DNA from: Octopus bimaculoides | Taxonomy: Eukaryota | Assembly (NCBI RefSeq): GCF_001194135.2 | Contig: NC_068984.1 | Coordinates: forward strand, 55,948,663-56,012,662 | Direction: 5' to 3' | Length of the DNA: 64,000 bases | Shown: positions 25,214 to 37,412 of the stretch, in pieces | Numbering within the stretch: position 1 is the first letter of the stretch | Layout: every line of letters begins with the position of its first letter | Program-made: the position numbers and the translations under genes | Notes under the pieces: model-generated | Databases searched by the model: none | Told to the model about the DNA's origin: nothing | The model's input: only the letters and a program-made list of their open reading frames with translations

Positions 25214-26120
25214 NNNNNNNNNNNNNNNNNNNNNNNNNNNNNNNNNNNNNNNNNNNNNNNNNNNNNNNNNNNNNNNNNNNNNNNNNNNNNNNNNNNNNNN
25301 NNNNNNNNNNNNNNNNNNNNNNNNNNNNNNNNNNNNNNNNNNNNNNNNNNNNNNNNNNNNNNNNNNNNNNNNNNNNNNNNNNNNNNNNNNNNNNNNNNNN
25401 NNNNNNNNNNNNNNNNNNNNNNNNNNNNNNNNNNNNNNNNNNNNNNNNNNNNNNNNNNNNNNNNNNNNNNNNNNNNNNNNNNNNNNNNNNNNNNNNNNNN
25501 NNNNNNNNNNNNNNNNNNNNNNNNNNNNNNNNNNNNNNNNNNNNNNNNNNNNNNNNNNNNNNNNNNNNNNNNNNNNNNNNNNNNNNNNNNNNNNNNNNNN
25601 NNNNNNNNNNNNNNNNNNNNNNNNNNNNNNNNNNNNNNNNNNNNNNNNNNNNNNNNNNNNNNNNNNNNNNNNNNNNNNNNNNNNNNNNNNNNNNNNNNNN
25701 NNNNNNNNNNNNNNNNNNNNNNNNNNNNNNNNNNNNNNNNNNNNNNNNNNNNNNNNNNNNNNNNNNNNNNNNNNNNNNNNNNNNNNNNNNNNNNNNNNNN
25801 NNNNNNNNNNNNNNNNNNNNNNNNNNNNNNNNNNNNNNNNNNNNNNNNNNNNNNNNNNNNNNNNNNNNNNNNNNNNNNNNNNNNNNNNNNNNNNNNNNNN
25901 NNNNNNNNNNNNNNNNNNNNNNNNNNNNNNNNNNNNNNNNNNNNNNNNNNNNNNNNNNNNNNNNNNNNNNNNNNNNNNNNNNNNNNNNNNNNNNNNNNNN
26001 NNNNNNNNNNNNNNNNNNNNNNNNNNNNNNNNNNNNNNNNNNNNNNNNNNNNNNNNNNNNNNNNNNNNNNNNNNNNNNNNNNNNNNNNNNNNNNNNNNNN
26101 NNNNNNNNNNNNNNNNNNNN

Positions 26121-26151
<31 letters not shown>

Positions 26152-26637
26152 ATATATGTAAGTGTATATATATATATGTGTGTGTGTGTGTATGTCTTTG
26201 TGTATGTGTGTATGTATGTGGATGGGTGCATGTGTGTGTAGCTATGTATGTATATGTATGTACCTATGTATGTTTATTAATGCGTGACTATGCTGAATGA
26301 CGTGCTGTAGGTGTAGCTCCAAAATGTATCAAATATCGTGACAAGTCAGAATAACTCCTGCTTTTCGTTCAATTTCATTATGGTGTGAAAAAGAGTGTGC
26401 TCATGCGCATTACAACGTTTGCCTCTTGTGACGGAGGTAATTTTTAAAGACTTTTGTTTCGTATGACTATTTGTGTGTATAAAATACCAACAATAAACGT
26501 GTGGGTTTGTGTATATGTAAATACAAATATATATTTTAAAAATACAAAACTGCTATGCTGTAATATAGAATAGCATTCATGTTTCTATACATGCGTAAAT
26601 ATTTTTACATAAAACACGCACATATACACATGTCTGT

Positions 26638-26700
<63 letters not shown>

Positions 26701-26746
26701 GTTGTTGTTGTTGTTGTTGTTGCTGTCAATATTTTTATATATTTTG

Positions 26747-27153
26747 AAGGCGGCGAGTTGGTAGAATCGTTAGCGCGCCGGACGAAATGCTTAGCTGCAT
26801 TTCGTCCGTCTTCACGTTCTGAGTTCAAATTCTGCCGAGGTCGGCTTTGCCTTTCATCTTTTCAGGGTCAATAAAATAAGTGCCAGTTGATCGCTGAGAT
26901 CCCTCCCTCGAAATTGCTGGCCTTGTGCCAAAATGTGAAACCAATATTTTTGATTATTGTGAAGGCGGCGACCAGGCACCATCGTTAGCGCGTCGGGTCT
27001 TTACGTTCTGTGATCGAATTCCGTCAAGGCCGACTTTACTTTTCATCCTTTCGGAAGCGATAAAATAGCTTACCAGTTGAATACTGTGGTCGAAGTAATC
27101 GACGTACACCCTTCACCGAAATTGCTGGCCTCATGCCAAAATTTGAAACCAAT
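26747..27153 (+). mobile_element. two tandem SINE family A copies
   Basis: Heads gaaggcggcga at ~26747 and ~26961; both end gccaaaat(g/t)tgaaaccaata. Confidence 0.88.
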
Positions 27154-27199
27154 ATTTTTACATATTGTTTCTGATTTATAGCGTTTTGTTTACAAGGTG

Positions 27200-27370
27200 T
27201 TGAACTCATGATCATGAGGTAGTGGGTTCAATTCTTGGACAGAGTGGAACGTTGATTCTTTGTGTAGAGCGCTCCATTTCACGCTATTTCAGTCTTCTCA
27301 CCTGAAATGAGGTATCGCTGAGTGCCCTGCCCCAAAATATCATGCCTTGTGCCTATAGTAGAAAAGATTT
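27200..27370 (+). mobile_element. tRNA-derived SINE with a distinct head/body but a family-A-type tail
   Basis: B-box gggttcaattc; body gagcgctccatttcacgctatttcagtcttctcacctg; tail gccttgtgcctatagtagaaaagatt. Confidence 0.6.
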
Positions 27371-28304
27371 TTTTTATTTGTTTCAGTCATTGGACAGTGG
27401 CCATGCTGGAGTACCATTCTTATTTTCATGTTCGGTATAATTTACTTTATTGACAGACATTTCCATATTTGAATACTTCAGCATATCCGTATCAATGAGG
27501 GAACTTCTATGAGATCGTCCAAACTGCTGGTAATAGGAGCCAAATCTCCCTTAAATTAGATGCTATTGTTCTGGGCTTTTTACATATAGGAAAAAGACGG
27601 TATGGTCATGCTTGAAATACTTTTGCTCATAGGTATGTTCATTTAGATGTATAGGGCTAAAAACATACACATGCAACACCAACAATAGCCGGTTATCTCC
27701 GCCACCGGATGTCACATCCTCGATAATTCGCAGGATCAAGAATAATATGACCGAAAATTTATTTATGCTTTCTTGCGACTATATAACCACCTAAAACAAT
27801 TAGCAAAAGCGTGATGCAGGCTTTCGCTTGCTGTGATTTGGACTGCCTATCTTCACGCACACTCACGTATATGTGTGGGGGGGGGGCACACGCGCGTGAA
27901 TGTGTGTATGTGTGAGTAATGAAATCTTCCCAATTATTTTTCGGTAATTTGAAACTATCTTTCTTTCAATCTGTAACGTGCAAGTAAATTACGAAAGTAG
28001 TTAAAGGAGGAGAGAAAAGAAAAGAGGAAGAGAGAGCGAGAGAGGGATAAGCGAAAGAATGGGAGAAATAAGTACGAGGGAAGAAAAGGGTTGAGGGAGA
28101 AATGAAATCAGTGACATTGAGAGTAACACTGCAACATGAAGAATTGGAAAGAATGGATCGACAAGACGAGTTGAATCTTGTTTTAAACATGTCTATGACA
28201 TACTTTCATGTGGCAGATAGCTAAGACGATCAAGATCGATGGTTCACCTCCTACTAATAATACTTCTGCTTATCGATGATGTTAAAACAATTAGTTCCAG
28301 CTTG

Positions 28305-28500
28305 CTGTTGTTGTTTAGTCATAGGTCGGCGTTGATCTAGGTATCCTATGATCAAAAACATTCTAGCCGTGACTATTCCATTTATTTTTAGAGTCATCTA
28401 ATGCAACATGTCCTTCTTTGTTCAAGACAGTGGTGTTTAATTTGAACGAGATTTAGCTGTTATTTCTTTCAGGTTAAACGAACTCATAGAAACTTTCCTT
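28305..28500. mobile_element. copy of a further abundant dispersed repeat (SINE-like family C; gatttggctgctatttctagc motif)
   Basis: Related diverged copies at ~11505, 18380, 27520, 41740, 42040, 48190 and 56620, in both orientations. Confidence 0.65.
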
Positions 28501-28811
28501 TTTGATCTGGTGTACTTTTTGACCCGTGGTTAGTGTTTCCTTAATCGACCATACCAATGAACAAAAGTATTCTAGATGTGACCATACTGTCTTTTTTTTT
28601 CTATATGTATAATAGAACAATAGCGTATAATTTAAGAGAGATTTGGTTCCTATCACTAGGACAGACTGAAGTGTTCAAATATAGAAACATCTGCCAATAA
28701 GATAAATGAAATAGAACATGAAAATAAAAGTGGTACTTCAGCATGGACACAGTTTCAATGACTGAAACAAATGAAATAGTTAAAAAATAAAATCATTCTA
28801 TAGACTATTAC

Positions 28812-28887
28812 CTCCCTTGAAACTCCAGCTCCTGATGAAGACAGAGGGATGTCGTCGTAACAAACGCCATGTTTTGGCGGAATCCAT
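28812..28887 (-). CDS. candidate first coding exon (MDSAKTWRLLRRHPSVFIRSWSFKG)
   Basis: ATG at 28887 is open to the donor gag|gtaata; GC-rich unique sequence; other frames are also open. Confidence 0.2.
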
Positions 28888-29583
28888 CCTTCTTCAGGCC
28901 TGACTACAAGCTATTTGTTTCACTTAGAGGAAAATATGATCCATTAGCTGACTAGTGATTGATCTATTGATCCAGCATAGGATTAAAAAAGTGAAGCTGA
29001 CCGCTGAGCTCAATATGCAGAGAGCCGGAACGAAGAGTACAAAATAATCAATTCAAATGGTCTAGCCACTCCATCAATCTACGGTTACTTCAGATTATTC
29101 AATAACAATTGTATTGTTGTCAGTTAACTTTGTATAACTTTCTAATTGATTAATTGTATGGTTTTATTTGCAACAAGCGTTATGTTCTCGTCGTTACAAC
29201 TGATTAATTATATGTCAATAAGTACATAAAATGAGGTTTTCGTTTTATCGACTCGCCATTTGCACATGCAGGCAACCACATAAAAACAGAGAGAGAGAAA
29301 GAGAGAGGAGGGGGAGAGAAACGTAAGTACTTACGGCGATAATAAGAAAGTCGATGTTGTTGTTACGCATTTGCGTCTCAAGCCAACTTGTTAGCGCCAG
29401 ACAAACATCGATGGTGAATGATACGATGTCACTTTGACTACACCCAAATTTTAGACTTGCTAAGTGCGTTCAAAAACAACCGAATGTGACTCTGATCTAA
29501 GTCAGTAATGCGATTAGCGATTTTTCTTTTTCTTTTGTTTTTTTTTGGCGGGGAGGGATTAGTTTGCAAATTTGGTAACGTTA

Positions 29584-30180
29584 TTATGTTAAAATTCACT
29601 TTAACATTGTCATGTTAAAATTCCCATGACCATTAGTATATTAAAACGCCAATTAAAATTATCATGTTTAAACCTTTATTAACACTAGTATGTTAGAACC
29701 TTCATATTCATTGTCATAATAAAACTCTTATTAACATTAGCGTCATAATAAAACTCTTATTAACATTACAAATGTTTTATGCCCATCTTATAACACCCAT
29801 TAACATTCTTGTGATAAAACGTTGTCGTGTTAAAACTTCCATTAATATTCATTTCAAATTTTGGCACAAGGCCAGCAATTTCGAGGGAGGGGATAAGTCG
29901 ATTACATCTACTCCAGTACACAACAGGCACTTAATTTATCGACCCCGAAAGGATAAAAGGCAAGGTCGACATCGGCGGAATTTGAACTCAGAACATGAGG
30001 ACTGACGAAATACCGCTAAGCATTTCGCCCGGCGTACTAACGATTCTGCCAGCTTCCCTTATTAGCATGTTAAAACTCCTATTACCATTGTCGTGTTAAA
30101 ACACCCATTAAAATTGTCGTGTTAAAATTCCCTTTAACACTGTTGTGGTGAAACCCACATTTATATTATCGTGTTAAACA
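29584..30180. repeat. degenerate ~26-bp minisatellite (approx. CGTGTTAAAACTCCYATTAACATTGT) interrupted by a SINE
   Basis: Repeated tgttaaaa...ttaa.attgt units on both sides of a family-A SINE at ~29851-30060 (minus strand). Confidence 0.8.
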
Positions 30181-30599
30181 TTTCTTGTTTTTGTAATTTG
30201 CTGACGGAAATAATGAAGAGTATTTTATTAGTTCTATACCTTTACTGTGTTTGTCAAAGCGACAAATGGGCCGAGTCATAAGAGCATTCATTAGAATTCC
30301 CTGTGGTATTAGACCTGACACTCTGAGTTCAAATACCGCTGAAGGCAATTTTGCCGTTCATACTTTCAGGATCGATAAATAGAGGACCAATACTGAACTA
30401 TTTTCTCCTCTTTCCTGACTTTTTCTCCTTCTTTCTGTCTAGCTCACTTTCTATTTCTGAAAAAATTTCGGCTGCAGCCAAACCTTGAGGGACTTTGACT
30501 CTACCGTATTTTACACCAATGCCTCTAAGACCCGATTAGAAGTCAGAAGTCCATAGTAAAGGGTTTATGTATCATAATCTCTTCTGCATTAACAGTATA

Positions 30600-30810
30600 A
30601 GGGCGATGGTTTGGCAGAATCGTCAGCACGCCGAACAAAATTCTTAGCAGTATTTCTTTCACCTTTACATTCTGAGTTCAAATTCCGCCGAGGTCGATTT
30701 TGCCTTTCATCCTTTCGGGGTCTATAAACTAAGTACTAGTTAAGCCCTGAAGGTAATTGACTAGCCCCCTCCTCTTAAATTTCAAACCTTGTGCCTAAAA
30801 TAAAAAAGAA
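30600..30810 (+). mobile_element. SINE family A copy (with a partial copy at ~30270-30390)
   Basis: agggcgatggtttggcagaatcgtcagcacgccg...gaggtcgattttgcctttcatcctttcgggg. Confidence 0.85.
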
Positions 30811-30827
30811 AAATAAATTTCTCAAGA

Positions 30828-30859
<32 letters not shown>

Positions 30860-32804
30860 CCATGAACATATATATAGCTATAATTGACGGGATTGAGGAC
30901 ACGCAATATATTTTATTGTCTGTTGACTCTTCGCTTCCTTTACAATCTAAATTTATAAGTAACATACCGAACTACAATATCAAGAAATACGAAAAGCACA
31001 GAGTTATCTATGAAGTGGGAGTGTTTGAATTACGCTAAAATTTCGATACTGTTGAATAGAATGCAGTCGGCTTCTTTAAAGTTAAAACAGAATAACCGAT
31101 GCGAACGTTGTTTTCAAAATAATGCATGTATAAGTGTTAGTGTATCATCACTTACAAAGAGAGTGCTTATAGTCAGTTTATAAAGTTTATTCGCTCTAAC
31201 ATGTATATTCTTTCTAACAATATCAAGAATATGTCGCATGTGCACAAAAACACACATACTCACACAAATGTATGTATGCATTTATGTTTGTATGTATGAT
31301 TGTGTTTGTCGGGGATATATTTACACATATATATAGAATATAATACCTATTACATATAGACTTCATACATATATATACTGTGTGCGTGCGTGTGCAGGAT
31401 TACGATTAGCGGTTCGACAATTCAACCATACACATCTATAAAACAAGTAGCAGACTGAAATAAACTAAAGTTCAAAAAGCCTTTAATGAGGAGGGAGCAT
31501 GAGGCATAGTTGCAGTCCTACCTTTGTCACTAAATAATATATACGTACTAAACACCAAATATTTCTTCACAGTTAATTCCCTTTAATTTACCCCTCCCTA
31601 CTTTTCTATTCTAGGGGAGATAATCACAGGATTTTCTTTTTATGATGCATGGCCGTAACAGAGACTAGATATATGCGGTGTGAATATTACTAAATAAAGA
31701 CAATTTATTTTATTGAAGAATAACGGTTGAATATAAATAAGTACATGAAACTGCGTGTAAATATCAGAAAGATAAGAGGTTTTAATTATTATATATAATA
31801 CATTTTATCTTATGATAGTTATATGCATATATAATACATTTTATACATTGTAAACATGCATAATTTTAATAAATTTATAATGTATAACAGATTGCGCTGA
31901 ATTTCTATTGACTAATTAATTGTATATATTGTAGTTGTGATATTGTTGTTATTAAAAAGAAATTTTTTATTATATATTATATATTAAAAAGAAAATTGTT
32001 TATTGTATACGTAAGTATTAGTATATGGCAAGTTAAATAAATTTACATAATTTAGTCATTTGAATCTGAAAACTGATGGAACCACTAGCTTAACCTGTTT
32101 AATTTCGTTTCTCGAATCACGGCTAACGGATGGGGATATCAGCATTTGAGAAACTCAATGCATTCTTTCCACATCTAACTTCCGTGTGGGAGTTAATATT
32201 CGATCAAATTACTTCATAGATGCTGTGAAAGCTATATCCGATTTCATTACCGTGTAATGTTCGAAGAATTTTTCATGTTTTATCTATTTATTCATTAATT
32301 CATTGATTATTATATTATAGCTAAAATCCAGAATTCAAGAAAACTAGTTTCTTTTCCACTCCTCAGGTCAACAAAATATATTGACACCTATAAACTCTCT
32401 TAAAATATGAGCTGTCAGTGTAGTCGTAACTCTTTCAAATTCCTAGAGTTGTGTAATTTTTTTATGTCTACATTTCAAGATTAATTCTTGATTTTTATTG
32501 AAACAGTAATTTGGCATCAACATACATCATTTTGCAAAGGCAAGTTCTCACCCGTTAGTGTTTGCTTTGTGTTTTACTAAATATGTTTTGGAAAAACCGT
32601 ACCACTTATGCTATTGAACTTTCATAGCAAATTTATAAAAATTCGTTATAGGTGAGCAAAGCGTTGAATAACTTTTTAATAACTTTTATTTTTTTATTGC
32701 TGTTAATTATAACTTTTTTTTATTGTTGTAAATCATAACTTTCATTTATATTGTAAATCATATGGAGAAATTTGAATACACATTATTAAAAGACAGCAAT
32801 TATC

Positions 32805-32965
32805 AGGCTGGGCAAAACGCTTAACGACCTTTTTTCCGTCTTTACTTTCTGAGTTCAAATTTTGTCGAGGTCGACTTTGCTTTTCGTCCTTTCGGTGTCG
32901 ATGAAAATAAGTACCAGTCACGCACTGGGGCCGATGTAATTGATTTACCCCCTTACCCGAAATTT
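32805..32965 (+). mobile_element. SINE family A copy
   Basis: ctgagttcaaattttgtcgaggtcgactttgcttttcgtcctttcggtgtcgatg. Confidence 0.85.
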
Positions 32966-33720
32966 TAATTTACGAATCAAATATTCTCAGCTCTGATTTA
33001 AAAAGAAAAGCTAGCATGCTTTTAAGATTATTCTCTATAATATATAAAACAAATAAAAAAAAATTATATCTGTCATGCATGGATTTTCAAACATGTTATA
33101 CACGGACATCATGCAATTAACCAGTACTGGACAACGCCTTCGTTTTAGGTGATCAGAAATGAAATACGAACGAAGCATAGACATTTAGAAGTATTTATTT
33201 GTGTCTTTAACCAATATAACAAAAGAAAAGAACTATAAGAAAGTAGATTCTAACTAATAATTTTATATAAATAAAATCAGAATATTCATTGTATCAGAAA
33301 AACGAAATGAAAGGAAGCTAACGTGACAAGACCATAAGGAAAATTTCCAAATAAATCATTGAATCTCAGACATAGCCTTGTAAAGTTAGTAAAACAAAAT
33401 GTGGAATATATCATTTAATAAAAAATATCCTGGATGCTTTTTGTAGAAAAATTGACTTTACACGAATATACAGCAGAGAAACAGTACCATAGTTGATATA
33501 AAGTGGGTCTAGAACATTAACATTTACAAATAGAAAATTATTCAGCTTGATATTGTAGACTATTATAATAGCTAATAGGCGATATGAGTTGCGTCCCCTT
33601 GCAGTTTAACATCATGATAAGATTTGTTATGTTTTTCTTTCATTCTTGGAGATCGATAAAATAGTTATTCGAGTCTAATGTTGTTGGCTTCTTTTTCACC
33701 TAGTGTTTATCTCACTGCAG

Positions 33721-33798
33721 TGCAGTATCCGTTCGTTTCATGGATGTGAAGGCAATGCACTCACTTCAGCCTTTGGAGCCATACCTTTGCGTCGGCAG
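33721..33798 (+). other. candidate plus-strand exon (78 nt)
   Basis: Acceptor ctttttcacctagtgtttatctcactgcag| and consensus donor cag|gtaagg; two frames open; product unknown. Confidence 0.3.
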
Positions 33799-33899
33799 GT
33801 AAGGCAGCATAGGCGATGTTGTGAGAGAGAGTGGAGAGAGACCGACAGACAGACACACAGAGTGTGTAGGGAGAGAGCGATGATGTAGAAGACGAAGAA

Positions 33900-34710
33900 G
33901 AGTCGGTCTGTATTCATGGTGTCATGCAGAAGATATGGGCCGACAGCTCTTGTTGCCGTCATTCCGCACCACACGGTCATTATTAGTCGAGCTTGCATCC
34001 TCTCAACCGTCATATTCGGATCTTTATCACACGACGCCCAGTAATGACAGTTGTGACGATTGATGAAACCACCAGCATGGAATACAGCCTAGTCACTCCA
34101 GGGTATGTTTTGAAACAATTCAGGCCAATCTTCATAGCAACCTAGCATTAACTCTCCATATTCTATTCTGCGGTCAGAGACTTAAGGTTTTAGCTTCTGT
34201 GCATAATGGGGTCTCCACGGACGAAAATTCAATTCTTTATGCAACACCGTACGTATTATGTGCCTTGTTAGTCCACCTTGACTAGCTGCTTAACGTGTTG
34301 ATTTTTGCGGGCTGCGATTAAACATTTCCTGCACTGTTGCAACATTCTCCGTCGATCGGGATGTGGTTGGACGGCCACTTCTTCTTGCATCGTTCACAGA
34401 GCCCATGGTCATCAGCGTTGCATGACAACTTTTTATTGTCTCCGTGCGTAGTGTTGCATACTTACCTTTCCATGCACGCCACCATCTCTGAATTAAAACA
34501 ATGGAAATCGACATTTCCTAGCGTGCTATCTTAGCTCGCTCCTGAACAGTCAAGCGACCAGCCATCTGGAAAATAAGAAATATGACAGTAAGAAAATAAG
34601 AAATCCCCATCAGTGTTGTCTGTTTAAAAAATGTTTTCGTCATATTTTCAGTGATACCAAAACTTCTTTAAGCAATTTCTAACGCCTAGTTACTTTCCAC
34701 CCACCCTGTA
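33900..34710 (-). mobile_element. Tc1/mariner-superfamily transposon, 5' half (HTH region + first catalytic D)
   Basis: Terminus TAcagggtgggtgg at 34710; frames ...GSVNDARRSGRPTTSRSTENVATVQEMFNRSPQKSTR, NIPWSD*A, MTVWCGMTATRAVGPYLLHDTMN; truncated near 33900. Confidence 0.85.
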
Positions 34711-35451
34711 TATCAATATGTGTCAGTATTTATAATGGAAATGTGTCATTAAAATATATAACATTCTACGGTGGACTCTCGTGCTATATACAACACATGA
34801 GAATTCCGTACTTTCTTGATGATCAACCTGCACAGATCATTTATTTCTTTGTTTATAGAAATCAATTGTTTGTGCTGTACATCCGCTCACTCCTCTCAAA
34901 TCAACATTACGTGTACAGATGCACGGTGTGCCATACGTTGGATGTCAAAGTGATCGCCGATCCGGGAGTAGAAACCACGATCTTGCAAGCAACAGTCTAC
35001 ATTCCGTCTCAGTCTTATCGGATTCTGCTGCATATTCGTAACGTACGCCTCGAGTATGTTCTTAGTTTCTACAATCTAATATTAAACAAATCTCGGCTTG
35101 TTAGTGTTTGGACAGGACAATCTAAGGGAGTCAACTTCCCTGAAAAAATTAATTTGAATTGTCTCCCTTGACAGAAAAAATTATTTAGCAGTTATAACTG
35201 AGTAAGCTGTAGCTAATTCTTCATTAGATTTTGATTTGGACAAATATTGGATCGCAATTAATTATTACTAAGCATTTAGTCCATGTCTGTACTATCTCTG
35301 ACACCTTATCCTAAATATATAGAGTATACTTTTGTGCATTTTGTCGTATAAGCAAGTACTTTATTTACACTTCTAAGAACGCTTTATTTTATCCAAAAGA
35401 AATTAGAAAGCTTTGCAAGTATGATAAATTAAATATAGTTTAATTCTTTTT

Positions 35452-35678
35452 ACGAATGGTGAATCCTCGAAGCATATAAATCTATAAATAACTGCTCGTA
35501 AATATTGGGTTAAAAATCCTTTGGATAGAAAAGGTCGAAGGCTAGTCATGTTTACAGGAAATGCGAACAGGATCCCACGGGCACCCTTCGACTTCTTTTT
35601 ACTATCCAAAAGGGTTTTAACATGATATTTACGCGCTATTATTTATAGATCTATTTGATTCGAGGATTCACCGTTCGT
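35452..35678. mobile_element. MITE-like foldback (~90-bp imperfect arms, ~45-bp spacer)
   Basis: acgaatggtgaatcctcgaa...ggtcgaagg (35452-35540) pairs with ccttcgac...ttcgaggattcaccgttcgt (35584-35678). Confidence 0.8.
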
Positions 35679-36626
35679 TACAAAAATTATTTCCAATTCT
35701 CAGAGTTTCTAAATTCTTAAATACAGAGGATGCAGTGAAATGTTGTCAATGACCAAATCACAGTTTCAAGCGACGAAAAAGTTGACACCATGTTACAAAC
35801 GATAAATGTAGAATTTATAAAAAGACGAAGAAATTAACTAATAATAAAGTGAAATTAATGGTCTTCATGTGTATCCGAATGGCCAACTTGCGTCTTCCTC
35901 TCTGCAATCGTTTTAGTTTCAATATACGATCTCAGATATGCAAGGAATGGTTGTGTGGTAAGAAGCTTTCTTTCCACAACATGCTTCTGGTTTCAGCATT
36001 ATTGCATGGCACCTTATATATGTACATATATAAAATGTGCTTCGTCTGCGTTTCGTGTGCGTTAAACACATTTCTTTTTGTTTTGTTCTCTTTGCTTCGT
36101 CGATGTTTTTTTTCCTATATTTTTGGACTTCTGATATATATATATAGAGAGAGAGAGGGGGAGAGAGAGAGAGAGAGAGAGAGAGATTTCCTTCTCCTGA
36201 GTAGATTACCAACCAAGGTTAAAGAGCCTGCCCATGACAGGTATCGCACTCCAGACACCAAACCGACACTCAAACACTCTATAAAGTGAGCAAATATCAC
36301 TCCAGTGTCCAANNNNNNNNNNAAACAAAAGTAAGATGTGATTTTAAAATATATTAAGATTTAAATGTAAATAATATATGACTATATGTCTGTGCAATTT
36401 TCAATGCAATGTATCGTCTATCCATCCAAATGTTTTATTGTCCTCTATTGCGTTTTTGTTCCATATGTGTGTGTGTGCGTGCGTGCGTGTGTGTGGCTGT
36501 CTAAGAGTCGGTAAGTCAGGAGAAAATGCACTCGTATATCTGTCAGTAGAGTGGGTATATTAATTGAAGTGTACAGTATTATATATCCATTACGGCCAAT
36601 CATACGAATTAGTTTCACAATAGTGG

Positions 36627-37412
36627 TTCAATGGAGTGTTAGGTAATAATCCAACTATGTAACTCTGCGTTAATCAGAGGTAGCCATCAGGGAATGAAAT
36701 AAGGCAGCTACTCTTTATAGCTGGAGGTGAATGGACATCCAGTTTGTGGTTGCTGTGAAAGACTTGATAAAACAAATCGAGCAGAGATTGAGTTAAAAGT
36801 TATGTCCCTTGGTACCAAAACATCATCGTTGGGAATGTTTTGTTTTTTTTCCTTCCAAGTTGGCAAAAGTTTTCTGGAAAAGACTTTGTGAACCGCATGT
36901 GTCTATTCACCTTCAACAATAGAGAGCAAATGCCATATCTCATTCCATAACAACTACCGGTACGTTTTGGTTATCTCACCCCCATTAAAGAATTGGATTA
37001 TCTCCCCACTAAAAAGTTGAGTTTATGTGGCAGCAAGAGATTGGATTAAAAGGGTTAGATCCTTTTGATTCAATACCTCAACACATTGCTAACGTTTGGT
37101 CTCCTCAATAGGCATGATATGATTTGTTATAAAAATGTCATTAGATTCAATAAGATGCTTGATCTTTTCAGTTTTATTTTTTTATTTTTTTCCGTTTTCA
37201 TGTTTATTAATTTTTTCTTTTTCTTTTTGTTTGTTCTATTAAGGGCTCAACAATTTTTTTAGTTGGAGGAGATAATCAAAAGAACCGATATTTTTCATAA
37301 AATTAGGGAGATAACCCAATTTTTTAATGGGGGGTGAGATAACCAAAAAGTACCTGGCTACCTCTGATAAGCACAGGGTTACATAATCGGACTGTTATCT
37401 AACACTCCATTG
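36627..37412. mobile_element. nested inverted-repeat elements (outer ~58-bp IR; inner ~400-bp IR element)
   Basis: Outer: tcaatggagtgttag...agaggtagcc vs ggctacctct...ctaacactccattga. Inner: ccggtacgttttggttatctcaccc (~36958) vs gggtgagataaccaaaaagtacctgg (~37357), flanked by cta/cta. Confidence 0.75.

Noticed and set aside
29584-30180. CRISPR-like repeat-spacer array
   Set aside because: The units are contiguous and degenerate with no unique spacers, the context is eukaryotic, and there are no cas genes.
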